From assembly GCF_000150275.1 (NCBI RefSeq), contig NW_002060948.1, forward strand, positions 1,920,918 through 1,984,917: DNA of 64,000 bases, written 5' to 3'. The notes under the pieces are model-generated. The model worked only from the letters and a program-made list of their open reading frames with translations, did no database searches and was not told where the DNA came from. The translations under genes and the position numbers were made by a program. Each line of letters opens with the position of its first letter. The first letter of the stretch is position 1. Of this stretch, positions 37,498 to 52,000 are shown piece by piece. Origin of the DNA: Trichoplax adhaerens (Eukaryota > Animalia > Placozoa).

Positions 37498-40400
37498 CTA
37501 TTTTCTTTTTTTCTTTTTTTCAGCACTACTGCTACTATTGCTAGCGTAATCCGTAGTACTATCGCTATTTGACGAATTATCCTGCTGCCGCTTTCGCTTT
37601 TGTGATTTATGTTTGTGATGTTTACTATGTTTTCTATCATTGTAATCATAATCATTGTCAAAGTCTTCACATGAGCTGTTAATTCCACTCTTTTTGCGCT
37701 TTATCTTTTTCTTTGATTTCTTTTTCTTCTTTTTTCTGAGTTGAAACAGTTTAATTATTAATATTAAATAATTCATGCAAAAGTAGTCTTTTACGCAATA
37801 ATAAACTGTAATTAATAATCAAATAATTAAATACATTCTAATTTTAAATGTGAAAATTCTTGAATATTTAGATTAGTAATGAATTCCTTCCACCTACTTT
37901 TTAGAAGAATTATGAGACTTTGGTGATAAATTTTCAGCCGCTAAAATTTTTTTAATGTTGTGGAGATTACTCGTGTTAGTACTGCTTTCTTGACGTATGC
38001 GCGATGCTGCTTTATCTTTGGATGAATTCATTTTCTATTAGGTTACAAAATGGTTAAAGTGTTGTAAGAATGTCTTCGTAGCGTTTGCGATCATTTATTT
38101 AAACTGAGGGTATGGACTACTATGGGTACGATTTTACTTTAAAAAACAAGTAGTAATAGTAATGATAAAGTTATGTTTTGATTAGCTACTTGGCAGAATT
38201 TTAACAGTAGTTTATAATTACACTACTAAAATAATCTTCAGTGACAATTACGAAATTTATGATAGAAGAGTGTGACATCAGTGGCTTGCGTTAATGCAAA
38301 GCAGTCTGTACTAGGAATAATATATCTTCCAGATAAATTATTGAGTCAGCTTAATTTTGCTGGTGATCGAATTTGATACAGGTATTACACAAGATACTTA
38401 TACGTCATCATCCAAATGTATAATCGTAACTTATACAAACACAATCTTGCAGATGCTTGAACTTTAAATATTGTTGTAAGCCTTATAGGAAATAACTTAC
38501 TGATGCAGCACGCTTATGAATGGCTTCACGGCACAATGCTAGTTTATTCCCGATTTCTGCTTCTTTGGCTGGATTGTACTTTAATAATTTTTCATAAAAC
38601 TTGCTTGCAGTACGGTAATCAAGATCATTAATTGATCTAGAGAAATTGAAAGTCAATTCACAATTATTAGTGAGTATATTTTAACTAAGCTTAATAATAT
38701 CATTTAGCAATATAGCCATCGTGTGAGAAGAGAAATATGTTGATTTCGTAAATTCTAACGTCATTGTGTTTAATAGACAGCAAATTACTGTACATATCGG
38801 CTACCTTTCAGCCATTGTTTGCAACGTCTCACATAGATATTTTAAACCATTCCGATGCTTAGGATTTAGTTGCAGTGCTTCTTCAAAGGAATCTATTGCA
38901 GCTTCAAAGTGACCTTCATTGGCCATTCTAAAGTTTGGAGTTAAATTTTTTGATAGATTGATATTAGACACTGTCGGCATTTTTAATTGTGAACGCTATT
39001 GGTAATTTTCTTAAGAATTTTACATTGCTCCTTTGGCTACGATTGCTTCGTAATTGCTCTTATCGATTTTTAAGGACTGCTGAATTTGTATCATTGCTTC
39101 AGAATTATTTCCTTGTTTAAAATACTCAATTGCGATTGCCAGACTACGTACAATGGAATATACATATGGCATAGATTAATTTATCGATATATTTGGTACT
39201 ACGGTAAATATTTAAATTTATTCCTAGCTGACATATCAGTGGACCAAGTTCGGTTCTGATTGGTACGGAGATTGTCGTAGAAGTTTTCATTTGGGTAACT
39301 TATAGGTGGTAGAGAGTGGTTGGAAGCGGGTTAAATAAGCTCGTAAATTTCAATATAATTATCTGTATTGATACAGCCGAACATAAGTTCAACAACTATC
39401 GAAAGAAATTAAAGGATACATTCAATTTTTGTCTACCTTTGCTGCTCATTAAGGAAAGCTATTTTAGCTTTTTTATCGATTCCTAGAAGATTGGATAAAG
39501 TATTGATGCTCTTTGTATTGTAAAAAGCCGGTTGCTTTTTTAGATACTGGTTATAGTCTTCCCAATTGGTATCTCGACTCTTCATTATTTTTCTTAATTG
39601 TTAAATATAAAACAGAATAATATATAATCTTTAGAATTATGAAATTTAGGTTCGCCTATCTAATTGCTAACAAACAGGTCAAAATTGCCACAATTGCTAG
39701 GCTTTTAACCATATTTATAGGTATTTATTTCAACTTACTCTGTGCAAAAGTATGGAATATCAGCTTTTTCAATCATTCCCTATAATTATTATAACTGTTA
39801 GTACTATTTTTCTGAATAATTTCTAGTAAATATTGATAGAGTGCTAGTAAAGGTGTTTAAGTATAGTGAAGTACGGTGTTACAAGTGAAAATTTTAATAA
39901 AGCATCACCGTTAGAAAGAATTTTGTCATTGTAAATAAAATAATAATAATAAATTGATATTTTAGCGTCGATATTAGCTTACAAGAGTAACGTTCTTGAA
40001 TAGTTTTAAGAGTTTTTCTTGCTGTAGAGATATCATAATTTCATCACTGGAAATGTCAATTTTATAGATCACTCCTATAGTAAAAGGTCAAAAATATCTT
40101 GTGTGAATGTAACATAATCAATAATACGAAGGGTGGTTGAAAAATTGCAAGCAAAATATTTAAGACAAATAGTACAGGATCTGGGCGTAGTCATACAATT
40201 ACTACTGAATTATTAATGCTAAAATTTGTTTCCAGTTGCTGTACCTCTTACGAAATCATCAACTGCATAATCTTCAATCTGTTTTAATCGAGAATGAACG
40301 GGTTTATCCGGATAAATTTCAAATTCGGACGCATGACATGAAGCATAAATTTCCAAGTTGGACATATGGAGTTGGCGATGATTATAGAGACTGAGAAGTA

Positions 40401-42177
40401 ACACAGATAATCCAAAGGGCCTCTTCGAGGTTACAATTCCATCAACAATATCACCTATTTTTAAAGTCTATGCAATCAAATCGAAAATGATACTTTCTTA
40501 AAGTATTATCAATACTGACAGCAAAATTTATTACTTAGATGCTGGCTATGCACTCTACGATAGTGAAAACATGTGTAGTTAGAAGTTGCATTAAAATTTA
40601 GCTTTACCTGGTAGACTAATTGACGCCGCTGTTCTACGGAAGATCCCATGTATTGTTCGAGAGGAGGCATCTGTACATAGTGATTGTGTTCCGCTACGAA
40701 GTAGGAATTAATTAAGCAATAAAGTTATGACCATAGCGTACATACACTAAGCTATCGACTTAGCATTCAATTTTGGCAATACGCATGTCCTCAAGTGTCT
40801 AATTTTACTGTTTGTGCTGGATTATAGATTGGCTCTAGCTTTCAGCTATAATGCTAGGAGTGGACTTTTTTCTTACAAAAGCATCTGATGTGAAGCGCCA
40901 AAGAGACAGAATATATCTCAACATTATGTAGTGCAATTCATGAGCAAAAGATTATTGTTGAGATACGTATCAGATACATTGCCAAAGCCAATAATTAATG
41001 AATGTACACACACATTCTGTAGCTACGCATTTGTAAAGCATTATGCGCATACGAGTATCTAAGCAATGTAAAATTTACAGCATGTATACGAATAAATATG
41101 CGCACACTACGTATTTTACGGTTACAATATACCAAAACATTGATAAATAAATACTAGCCCCTAGAAAGCGGTCCTAGCTCGTACTGTCGACACCAAATAG
41201 TAGTAACTACATATACTGTACGTATACAGCTTCGTATTATTGCGATGTAGTTTCAGCATATCTGTACTACAGTAGTTTGCTTTCTCAACGCATTAGATTA
41301 CTGATTTAGATACGATGCCCCTAGAAAGTAGTCCTAGCTCGTACTGTCATCATCAAATAGTAGAAATTAGATATACTGTACGCATGCAGCTTTGTATTAC
41401 TGCGATGTAGTTTCAGCAAATCTGTACTACAGTAGTTTGCTTTCTCAACGCATTAGATTACTGATTTAGATACGATGCTCCTAGAAAGTAGTCCTAGCTC
41501 GTACTGTCATCATCAAATAGTAGAAACTATATATACTGTACGTATACAGCTTTGTATTATTGCGATGTAGTTTCAGCATATCTGTACTATAGTAGTTTGC
41601 TATCTTAACGCATTAGATTACTGATTTAGATACGATGCCCCTAGAGAGTAGTCCTAGCTCGTACTGTCATCATCAAATAGTAGAAATTAAATATACTGTA
41701 CGTATGCAGCTTTGTAATATTGCGATGTAGTTTCAGCATATCTGTACTACAGTAGTTTGCTATCTTAACGCATTAGATCACTGATTTAGATACGATTGCG
41801 ACTACACGATATTCCAAATTTGCAAGTTAATAATTAACTTCAATTTAGCATTTGCATTTCTTGGTTGTAGATTATTGTATATTAGTATTGCCTACACAAA
41901 TTGCACTACCATGCGTGTTTGCAAGCACAATGAGAATGGCAGAATTGGATGCTAGTGCCTAGCAATCATGATGGCAAACGTATCGCGATGCAGTACTAGA
42001 ATATCTCATGGTTGAATGATTAAGCAAAGATTTCCTTTCCTGAATATACTCACTTCTGCATAGTTCTATTGAAGACGTCGATTCAGATCCAACCTGGCGA
42101 TTTTTCTTGAAATCTGTGAAATATTTTGAAGTGGAAGTGGTGAAATGTGCTAATTTTTCTGCAAAGACGTCGGCCAT
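37498..42177 (-). CDS. TTC14: Tetratricopeptide repeat protein 14 (S1-like OB fold, TPRs, Lys/Ser-rich C-terminus)
   Basis: Exon 40693-40608 EHNHYVQMPPLEQYMG..RRQL. Next exon TLKIGDIVDGIVTSKRPFG..LEIYASC..YAVDDFVR. TPR exons IEYFKQGNNSEAM..LKIDKSNYEAIVAKGAM and AIDSLEEALQLNPKHRNGLKYLCETL. Last exon poly-K/S with stop at 37498. Putative first exon 42177-42054 (MADVF..ELCR, donor A|gtgagt, phase-compatible). Confidence 0.88.
41158..41795. repeat. Highly homogeneous 160 bp tandem repeat, 4 copies, in the putative first intron of TTC14
   Basis: c.cctaga.ag..gtcctagctcgtactgtc starts at 41158, 41318, 41478 and 41638 (exact 160 bp period). Confidence 0.95.
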
Positions 42178-44385
42178 TAGGCTAACTGTTAGGCACAACG
42201 GCCTCTTCGTCGGAATCGATGGTACAACCCTACCGTACTAACATACAGTACTCACCTTCAGATCCACGCGCTATAAGTACTGTACGGTACTGTACCAGTA
42301 AGCACACCTTGAATGTTAACCAGTCGTTATACCGAGTACAGTACAGTACTATACTGTACTTGTAGTAGTCCACACTCTGTATACTACCATGGACAGATGG
42401 ACTACTGTACTCGATATTCGGCACAATGCCACACAATCCACGTACAGTATAATTCATGCTAGTCCTTGCATACTGTACGGTATGTACTTGCAGATATACT
42501 GTACTGTACAGTACTGTACAGTACATCATATATGCAATTCGCGAAAGAAGAACCAAATGATAGAACTTGAATTTGTGAAAGAAGCTGCGCTAAAATTGTG
42601 TTCAGGATAGAATGTCTAATATAATTCAACATGAATTCCAATGTATATACGCGATGGGACTGACAAAAAGTATTGTTCGAGCCACAAAAATCTTTCAGTA
42701 ATATAGTATACGGTTCTTAATTTTATATACAGATATATATGACAATATATACTGTACATAAAGTGCATACTTTACAACCTAATATGCACGCGGTACAATA
42801 TACTTCTCTCAGCTACTTACATTCATAATTAGTTAATTTGTCTATGATCATTGTAAAAAATACTTTTTCTAGTACATTGCTCGGACATTCTATATACAGT
42901 ACTGTACATAAAGGCGGTACAATATACTTCTCTAATCTACTTAAATTCATAATTAGTTCATTCGATTACTGTAGTGTAGGGTTCGAACCTTAAGGATTAG
43001 TATTACAGTTTACCACTAATACATAACAAGTACAGGATCGATTTCATTCATTTTGCTACGACTTCAAATGACATTTTAATCGCTGAGATATAAATATGAA
43101 AGATGAAAATCATATCACTCAAAGCAGTTTTTTTTCACTGTACTGCATAGTGTATACGATGATAGAAGTAGGAGAAATCATTTTACAAAATAGAAACATT
43201 ATTTGAGGCATTGATAGTACACACAAGGACTTTTCATTGTCTATATGGAGTTTTTATACTTTAGATTTATTTCAATTGCAGACAAAAGCAATGATAGCTT
43301 AGAACTTAAGGCACGGCGGGTGCAACTGTCGGAGGTTTTGAGGTCTGAATATATACGCATGTTGCGATTAGTGTCTATATATGAGCTCGTATTGAGTGAT
43401 GTCCGATTGTAAACTTCATTTGTTATGTCTATACTGTGTAGTATACAGGCTAATACAGTAGTTCAACGGTTACAATACAAGCATGGTTGAAAATTTGGGG
43501 GATTAATTTAAAACTTTCAAGTATCAATTGATATTTTGCTACGATATTGTTGGCCATACTTTGATGGGGGACTTTTAAGTAGTCTTTTAAAAGTCCATGT
43601 TTTGACGTCTAAAAAGTTGCAATACTATATCATTTTATTAGCATACGGCACCATACAGTAGCTACTTCTACCAAACGAAATGATCCGTTGTGGTGGATGT
43701 TTATCGACGTACAAGCGTTCCATCCATCGACTGTAATCGCGTTATAATAGTTGCGGATATCTGTACAGAATTCACGTCTAACGATAAGAACTACTAATAA
43801 ACAGGAACTAATTTCGGCTATCCCGGGTCATTATTTATTTTTTTCTCCAGCTGAGCGCATGACAAGGTACTTTGTACTGAAATGTGTGCATTCAATCTTT
43901 AGCAGTCATCTAAACTTAGATAGTATTTTTTATGAATAGATTGAACATGATTGATTCGTGATTGATGTCAGTGGGTTGTGGATATGGAGTACCTTGCAAG
44001 GATCAATTGATCTTGATGATGCACGGAAATACTATACCGTTTTGCACACTATTAAACAGTTATGTGGTGCTGTCTTGGTAATGCAATACCTGTGCTCAAT
44101 TGTCACTGAACAATACTGTAGTCCAGTAGTAGAGTACAGTAGAGATATTGCACTGTAATAGTATTTATTTATCGATTGATTTGTTATTTATTTATTTACG
44201 GTATAGTAGACACAAGTACTGTACGATAGTTTACCAGATTTGTTTGAAATAGAAAAGAATTCGATTGGTTTGTCTATCATTATGGCATTGACTATCTATA
44301 GTGTATGACAATTATGTAATTTTCTTATCCAAAAGAAATCTTTTAGGCGATTTTAACATTTCCATACTGTATCGCAGATTATCTA

Positions 44386-45230
44386 AAGTCGATGTGAATC
44401 ATTACCCCTGGAATATAGAAATATGCCATACTGAACTAACTGAAGTGTGCAAAGCCTTTCTATACCGTAACCGTCCGTATTGTATTGGTTGAGGCTAAAT
44501 ACCGACAACACTGGACTTGAGACTCTGTGCATTCGATTGTTGCATTGTGACTTGATGCGTCGAAGCATCCTACAGTACAGTGTAGACCTACAGTACAGTA
44601 CTGTAGTGCACTGTACTGTACTGTAGTCTGAAGACAGTGATTTACAGTACTGTACTGTACAGTACTGTACAGTACAGTGTACAGTATCTAAAGTCTATCT
44701 CCAATCCAATCGATCTCAAGTCGACGTAAATGACTACCCGTCGAATGTAGAAAGATGCCATACTGAAGTGTGTAAAGCCTTTCTATACCTTAACCGTATT
44801 GTATTGGTTGAGACTAAATACACTAGACAACACTGGACTTGAGACTGCGTGCATTCGATTGTTGCTTAGTGACTTGATGCGTCGAAGCATCCTACAGTAC
44901 AGACTGTACAGTGTACAGTACAGTACAGTAGAACACAGTACTGTACAGAACAGTAGTCTGGAGACAGTGATCGATCTAAAGTCTATCTCCAATCCAATCG
45001 ATCTCAAGTCGATGTAAATGACTACCCGTCGAATGTAGAAAGATGCCATACTGAAGAGTGTAAAGCCTTTCTATACCTTAACTGTATTGTATTGGTTGAG
45101 ACTAAATACAGACAACACTGGACTTGAGACTCCTCCGTACTGTAGATTGTTGCTTTGTGATTTCATGCGCCCAAGCATCCTACAGTACATACTGTAGTCT
45201 GTACAGTACAGTACTGTAGTTTGAAGATGA
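44386..45230. repeat. ~290-330 bp tandem repeat, ~3 copies, each with an embedded variable TACAG/CTGTA tract
   Basis: aagtcga.gt.aat.a.tacc...aaagcctttctatacc...acaacactggacttgagact...aagcatcctacagtaca at ~44386, 44718 and 45006. Confidence 0.9.
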
Positions 45231-46090
45231 TGTTGTTTTACTGTGTCGCCCCTTTGCACTCACTACTCAGTATGCTGTACCATGAATCCATGACTGTACA
45301 GTGTACAGTACAGTGCACACTTGCACTGTTGGCTGTCCATCTTGTTATGATGACAGTTCGAGACGGCTAAAAAGGCTGTATTTCGCGGTCACTTTTGATC
45401 GCAGTACACTCCGACAAGGTACCTCTGTACAGCTCTGTAGCGGAAAGAAAAAAGGAAAAGATTCTTTTCTCCTGTAGTACAGTACTTTGTGTACTGAGTT
45501 TGCAAGCGTTTTACTGTAGTGTACAGTACAGTACAGTATTAGTGTATGCATAGTGTACTGTAGGCTACAATGCACAGTACTATAGGTCACAGTGCACAGT
45601 ACTGTAGACTCCGACTACTGGACTGGACTGTTCTGTACCGTACTGTCAATGCTGGACGTACTGGACTATCTACTGTATAATACAGTCCATGGTACTGTGG
45701 AAGACTGTCGCATCAACATCGACGACTCGACTCTACTGTACTATACCGCTTTACCAGACAGGAGTTTTTATCACGTTTGTGAAGGTCAGAAGACTGCATT
45801 CAAAGCTTTTGCTGTCGCTACGCGATTTGGTAATCCATCGTTGGCTATTTAAACTGAGTAGAAGTGAATATTAATCTGGTAGTAGAGGATCGACCAATCC
45901 TTACTGGAATTGAACTGGCACTTTCTCTCAATATCTGCAAATTTGGAGACGACGAGCACAGAATCTACCGGATATTACCGTCTTGCACAATTGAAGCATC
46001 CATTGAAGTGCAAGATTGAACTGAATTGAATCGATTTACAACTTAGTAGGACAATCATTGAGGACAGGCAATTTTTCAGAAATTTCGGCT

Positions 46091-49000
46091 ATGGAAAATG
46101 TCAATGTAGGCAGATAATTGATCGCAATCATTTTAGCCTTAATGATATCCTTGATAGGTTGCATTTTAAGACGTACTACTGAATGATTCTTATTGTTAAC
46201 AATTGAGTAAAAGTACTTATGGTATTAATGAACAACATGAACATTGACTTGGATATCGTTCTCATTACTAATATTACGGTCATTTTCTCCTCATGGGCAG
46301 GCTCATGCTGTACCACCATACTTAGGCAAACAAGCGTTGAACGGTGGAAAACGCGTTTCAGTTATTAATACCGCAGTCAAACTTCGTCAAAGTTCATCAC
46401 GATTCAATGCAAAGTCGACAATAGATCTGCAAACGTTAAAGTCCCTTAAAGGTTGGTGTTATTATATTCAATTGGATCTGACTGTATTTTCTTTCGTTGG
46501 ATTGAAAATGGTGATAGAATCTGGAGTTTGTAACTTCAATTGGGGAGGGGGGGGGGGGGGAAACACTTCTTGGTGCTTTCTCATCCAACTTCAACTATGG
46601 TATCATACAGTAGTGTTTATCCATAAGCTTTGTATGCATTGGTGTCGATCGTCCACTTGTTCTCTATACCGATAGACCGACTCCTCTCCATACTCGACTC
46701 GTTGACCTATTGGACACAGTACAGTACAGACGATTGCGTTGATGGTCATAGACTCAATCCATTACCCTTGTACACGCTCATCCTATGGGATTTGATGTTG
46801 CCGTGGATTATGTACCATCGCTACTGGATGACATTGGTCAAGTAGCAATGGTCGTCTACGCGGCAACGCTACTATGGACTGCGTATGGACTGTACGTCCG
46901 TAATATTTCCCCACTTCTTTTTATTGCAGACATTAAAAGATGGAAATAACCATATCATAAGGCACTCTTTGCTTTGGATTTGATGCTAAAAATCCTTCAC
47001 ATCCATATTACAGTCCTTGTCAAGTCAATATGGACAGTGCTATCGATCGATGGATATGCTTTTCCAACCCATTTTTGATAGCAACTTGATTGTAGTTTTT
47101 AGGTCGACTTATGGCCCCTACAGCTGCTCCGTCCATCGCAACATCATTGCTGATCAACAATGATCACCATGGTCTATCTTCTTTGATGGACAGTCTTCAT
47201 ACAGTCATTTCCACTTTATTCATCATCATCGATCTGCTCCATCCAATCTGAATTCCCCTAGCCTCTACTCTAATCTTCTTCCATCCTAGTCGAACATCAA
47301 ATGGAAACTGTATTAAGTTGAAAGCAGTTTTTTTATTCCTTGCTTTTTTCCCCCCCCATCACTCCATTCTACTATCCTAGCGGTTGTACTGCAATACCGC
47401 ATTGTCGACGTACGCTTTGGATCCACTGGTTTTTTTTTTTTTGCTTTTCCCTTTATCAACTGCTTGGGCGATGAGCGTTATTTTGATTGCATAAAGTCAG
47501 TTAGGAACTTAGGATAGATTTACAAGTAGGGGTCGGATAGACGTGTGTACAGTACAGTATACAGGTAGAGGTGTACGTATACATACTCAACGTTCACTTT
47601 CAAAGACCAATCTCTTAAGAGCAAGTGCTACCAACACTTTCCCCAATAAACTCATGGCGCTCTATCTTGATTGCAATGAACAAATCATAATGTTATGCGG
47701 TAGTCATCTAAAGCCACTTGCTATCATGGACATACTGTAGTACTGGTGCAACGTTTACTATTCTCGGTGGATATTCAATCTATTCTATGAAAATAATCAG
47801 TATGCTGTTGTACTGAAGCTTCAACTTTCTTTTATAGTTTATTTAACTTGATGATTTATTCAGTGTCATCCATTTCCAAGTTTCTGTCATATTTGAACTG
47901 GGCTAAGTGTGGACTTAATTGATTATGTTTCATACGTTCATATACTCCTAGCATAATTCCAATCATTAAATGACTGTATAGTATACATTCAGTAGGATAT
48001 TTTCAAGATACGAGTCGCGCTGACGATAATAAAGTAAGAAACGGCGTACGGTGTTAGTATGAAGATCGCGATAAATATTTTATTATATAAATATGCATTA
48101 TTAGGTATTCACTTTAGATAGACATTTCTGAAAGGCTCTGCATCTACATTCACTGAATACGCTCAAGTACTGTACAATAAGGGTACATAATATCCTTTTA
48201 GCAAAACAGTCCAACATAGACTGTGTAAATGCATTGAAAAACTGGATCGGCACTGACTTTTAAAATTATACGGTACCGTAGTCAATCGACTGCTTTTTAT
48301 TGATTAGAAATTCAATATTTTCAAAGTGTTGATATCTGCCGTGCACGGCTATTGACTCCTAGAGGATTCTCGACAGATCCTAACAATATAAAGCATGGTA
48401 GCTAAAAGGGTATTTTTATTAGGGTGATCAATTGAAATTGGATGCATATAAACATATTAGAGCGTACAGTACTATAATACCATTGAGTATTAGAACTAGA
48501 AACCCTAATTCCTACTGACAGGTACAAATACTGTAAATCTATAAATTATTCGTATTTTTGATTATGTGATATTTTTCAATGATTAGTAAAATCATCCGTT
48601 TTTGGATATCGTGCCTGTCATGAACAATCTACCCTTTTATAAAATCGATATCATTTCCATCAACATCCTGAATTGAACATTTTTTGATACATTATCCTGT
48701 TAGAAGTAAATCGTATCTTCAATTAGACCTTTTAAGTTACAAAATAGACTATTCGTCAGCGTAATCCATGATTATCGCGATGTCGTTGTAGTATCGATGC
48801 ACGCTATCGCACGGTATAGTAGTATAATACGATTATGCAATCGGGGAGTTGACAATCACTCAGTGTTTTATATTTTTGAGTTATCTCAGAGTCGATGATC
48901 TGGACTATGCCACGATGGAGAGATACTGTATGCCATACAGTATTGCAAAGAGGTTACGACAAGAGATCCTTCTCCATTTTCATTTTACGATTGCTATGTG

Positions 49001-52000
49001 AATGACTGTATTTAATTCGCAAAGTTCAATTTTTAGCACGCGTCAATGTAGCACGGAATTAGTGCCCAGGTGATTCCTACCGACACCGTATTTTCTCATA
49101 AATGATAATTATTAATTAATTTTTCTAAACTACTATAAATTGTTTGGCCTACCGAATTAAATTACATGCAAAAATAGCTTTCCGCCTGCGGTTATTCATT
49201 GTCGTAGTGGCCACTGTAGATTAAGAGCTGGTCAATTTAAGTCCAACTACAGTAATGTGTTGGCATTCATGATGAAAAGGTAGAAGAGACATTTGAAATT
49301 CTACTGTCTATTGTTCTGACATGGATCTGTATAGATTACAGACAGACAGAGTGTAGCAAAAACAGTCCGGGTTATTCTTTAATTTTTTATTTCCTTATTT
49401 TTAATGCATAACAAGAGTTTAGACTAAAGTCAGTTGTATTACAAAGCGCTTTTTAAAGGAGGATAAATTGTATAGATCAATATTTAACTGAGAGGAACAG
49501 TTGGTAGAGTCCTGATTATTCTTAGTTCTATCAGTCAGTTGTACTACATAAAATTATACACTGTTAAAAGTAATCATTATAAATCTGATGGTATACACCG
49601 CTGTAGGGAATTTGGCAAATGACACATTTTATAATGACTATCATTTCTTAATTTTTTATATTGTACGAGGGTTATATTCAGCATAAAAATCTCTATATCA
49701 TGTGATCATGCTATATTAATTACTACAATGCCAATACCTAAATGCAGCACATACTGTACTTGAATAATTCTTTGTCCTTGATTTGGTCTTATGTAATGAC
49801 AGCTTGAATGATGTCAGGCCATTCTGCTTCAATGCCTGTGAAATAAGATAATTGTTCAGTAGTAGCTTGCGATTGCTATGGGCTACACTTATTCGATGAA
49901 GATTGGATCGAAAGAGTATTTCGATCGTTTTAACAACGTCGCAATACCCCCAAATAAAATCAAATTAAATGATGTAATTTGAAAACTTTATAACATTTAC
50001 ATTTACAATAAACACGACAAATGCAACGTAATTAATCATTTGTCATCCAACTCTTTATAATTTTATGAATTGCTCAGTATTCCCACGATTTAGTGGAAGG
50101 GGATGGAGTTATATCTATAATTTTTTTAATCAGCATATTCTCAGAATTAATCACTCTTCGCTCCATTTAACGTGATTATAATAACGGTTAACTATTCAGT
50201 AATGGTATTACATACTACTTGCACTATTATATTCACGCAACTCTATAACTTAGCATAATCAAGTTTGAAACTATAAATTATGTTTATTACATCCACTGTT
50301 ACTATTGTATCATCATGACTGATTTTTAATGTTGTGTAATTGAATTGGCTTATCATAGATGCACAAGGCGAAGAATTAAACGATTTGTTTATCAAGAAGT
50401 TGCAGCAATGTTGCTACTGCTTCGATTTCATGGATCCTGTTAGTGATCTCAGGAATAAAGAAATCAAGCGTGCGGCGCTCAATGATCTCATTGATTGTAT
50501 TTCTGCAGGACGTAAAGTCATCGTAGAATCGACATACAGTGAGGTTGTCAAGCTGGTAAGTTCCATTATCGTTATATCTCATGCACACGTTTAGCATTTG
50601 TAATCGGCTTACTTAAATGAAAGGCTAAAAAGCGGGGGACTGTTGCACAATATTGCTCCAGAGATGACATAGTATAGTACGCGTATATATCCACGCCTTC
50701 GTTGTACGTATAGATGGACTATTGGATCTTTCTTCAACAGCTAGAGTTAGAGTTGTGTTATTATAGTCACATTTTTATCAGTTAGAATTTCTCATTCTTC
50801 GTTACAGTTGCTTGACTGCTAACGATTATTTGCCTTTTTTGTACTAAAATAAAGCAGACAAACGATGATTTACTTTGTTGGTATAGCACTAGAATATGCT
50901 AATACTATACTTGTATGTTTGACAACAGTTATTTGTTAAAGTCAACTGTTGAAGTAATTATTCAAAATCGATGTTAAATTGTATAATATATACGTTGATA
51001 AGCTCCCTCACAAATTTTCTAGTTTTTGTGACTATCTTTTTATACCTACACGAAATTCAATTCCGAATTTTATTCACCCAATTGTTTATTGTAACTGTCA
51101 ATAGATAATATTATAGACTGGTTTAGATAGTATAAAATTGCAATACGAATATATGGGTTAGTGTAGATATTATTAGATTATCGTTCAATGTAGAATTTTG
51201 ATACTAATATCGGCCCGAAATATAATGTAGCTGAATATGGCAAGAAATAGATTATAGCATTATACGTATTTCGTTAGTTTTAGCATTTATCAAAATTGAT
51301 ATTGAGATGACATACGGTACATATATTCTTTGTTAAACATTTGTTAAACATGTAATGTACGGTACGCTTATTCATTCTTTAGATGGCAAAGTATATAGAA
51401 ATTATTGCTATGTGCCTTGACAATTCTTGCATGGATAGCTACATGTTGGCATAAAGTACGGTATTTGTACGTTAGTTTAAGTCCGATTTTCCCCTTTTTC
51501 TATATTTAAAGAGAAAATAAACATTTTGTACAGTAGCATGATATTCACGACAATTTATCAAATTTTTCACGTTGGATTAAACTAATAATTTGAAGATTAT
51601 ACCGCAATTCTGAATTTATTAGATTAGTACTAACGTTATCATCATGATCGTGTATTAATTACTAAATTTTAATAATTGGTATACGGTACGTAGTATTTCA
51701 CCATTTTACGCACGTTAATAAATGCCAGTTCATAATGCAATAAATTGAAAGATTCCTATTCTAGGGATGCTCTTTTGCTCCTTTGAACAACACGCTACAG
51801 GGTTAACTTTAGGTGTAAATGCAGTAGGCATCGAACTTGTACGGAATACATACTTGATTTTACGCTAAATTATACTACTGTGATGAGCTATGGTTGCTAT
51901 TAGAAAGTCTTCCTAGTTACAACGCTATCATTTACAATGCTTTGGGGTGTTCACTAAATATAATATAAGAAAAAATCGGCGTGAAATTAAAATTAAAAGA

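Noticed and set aside
42230-45874. Short ORFs rich in Y/C/T/V/S
   Set aside because: Translation products of TACAG low-complexity tracts and tandem repeats.
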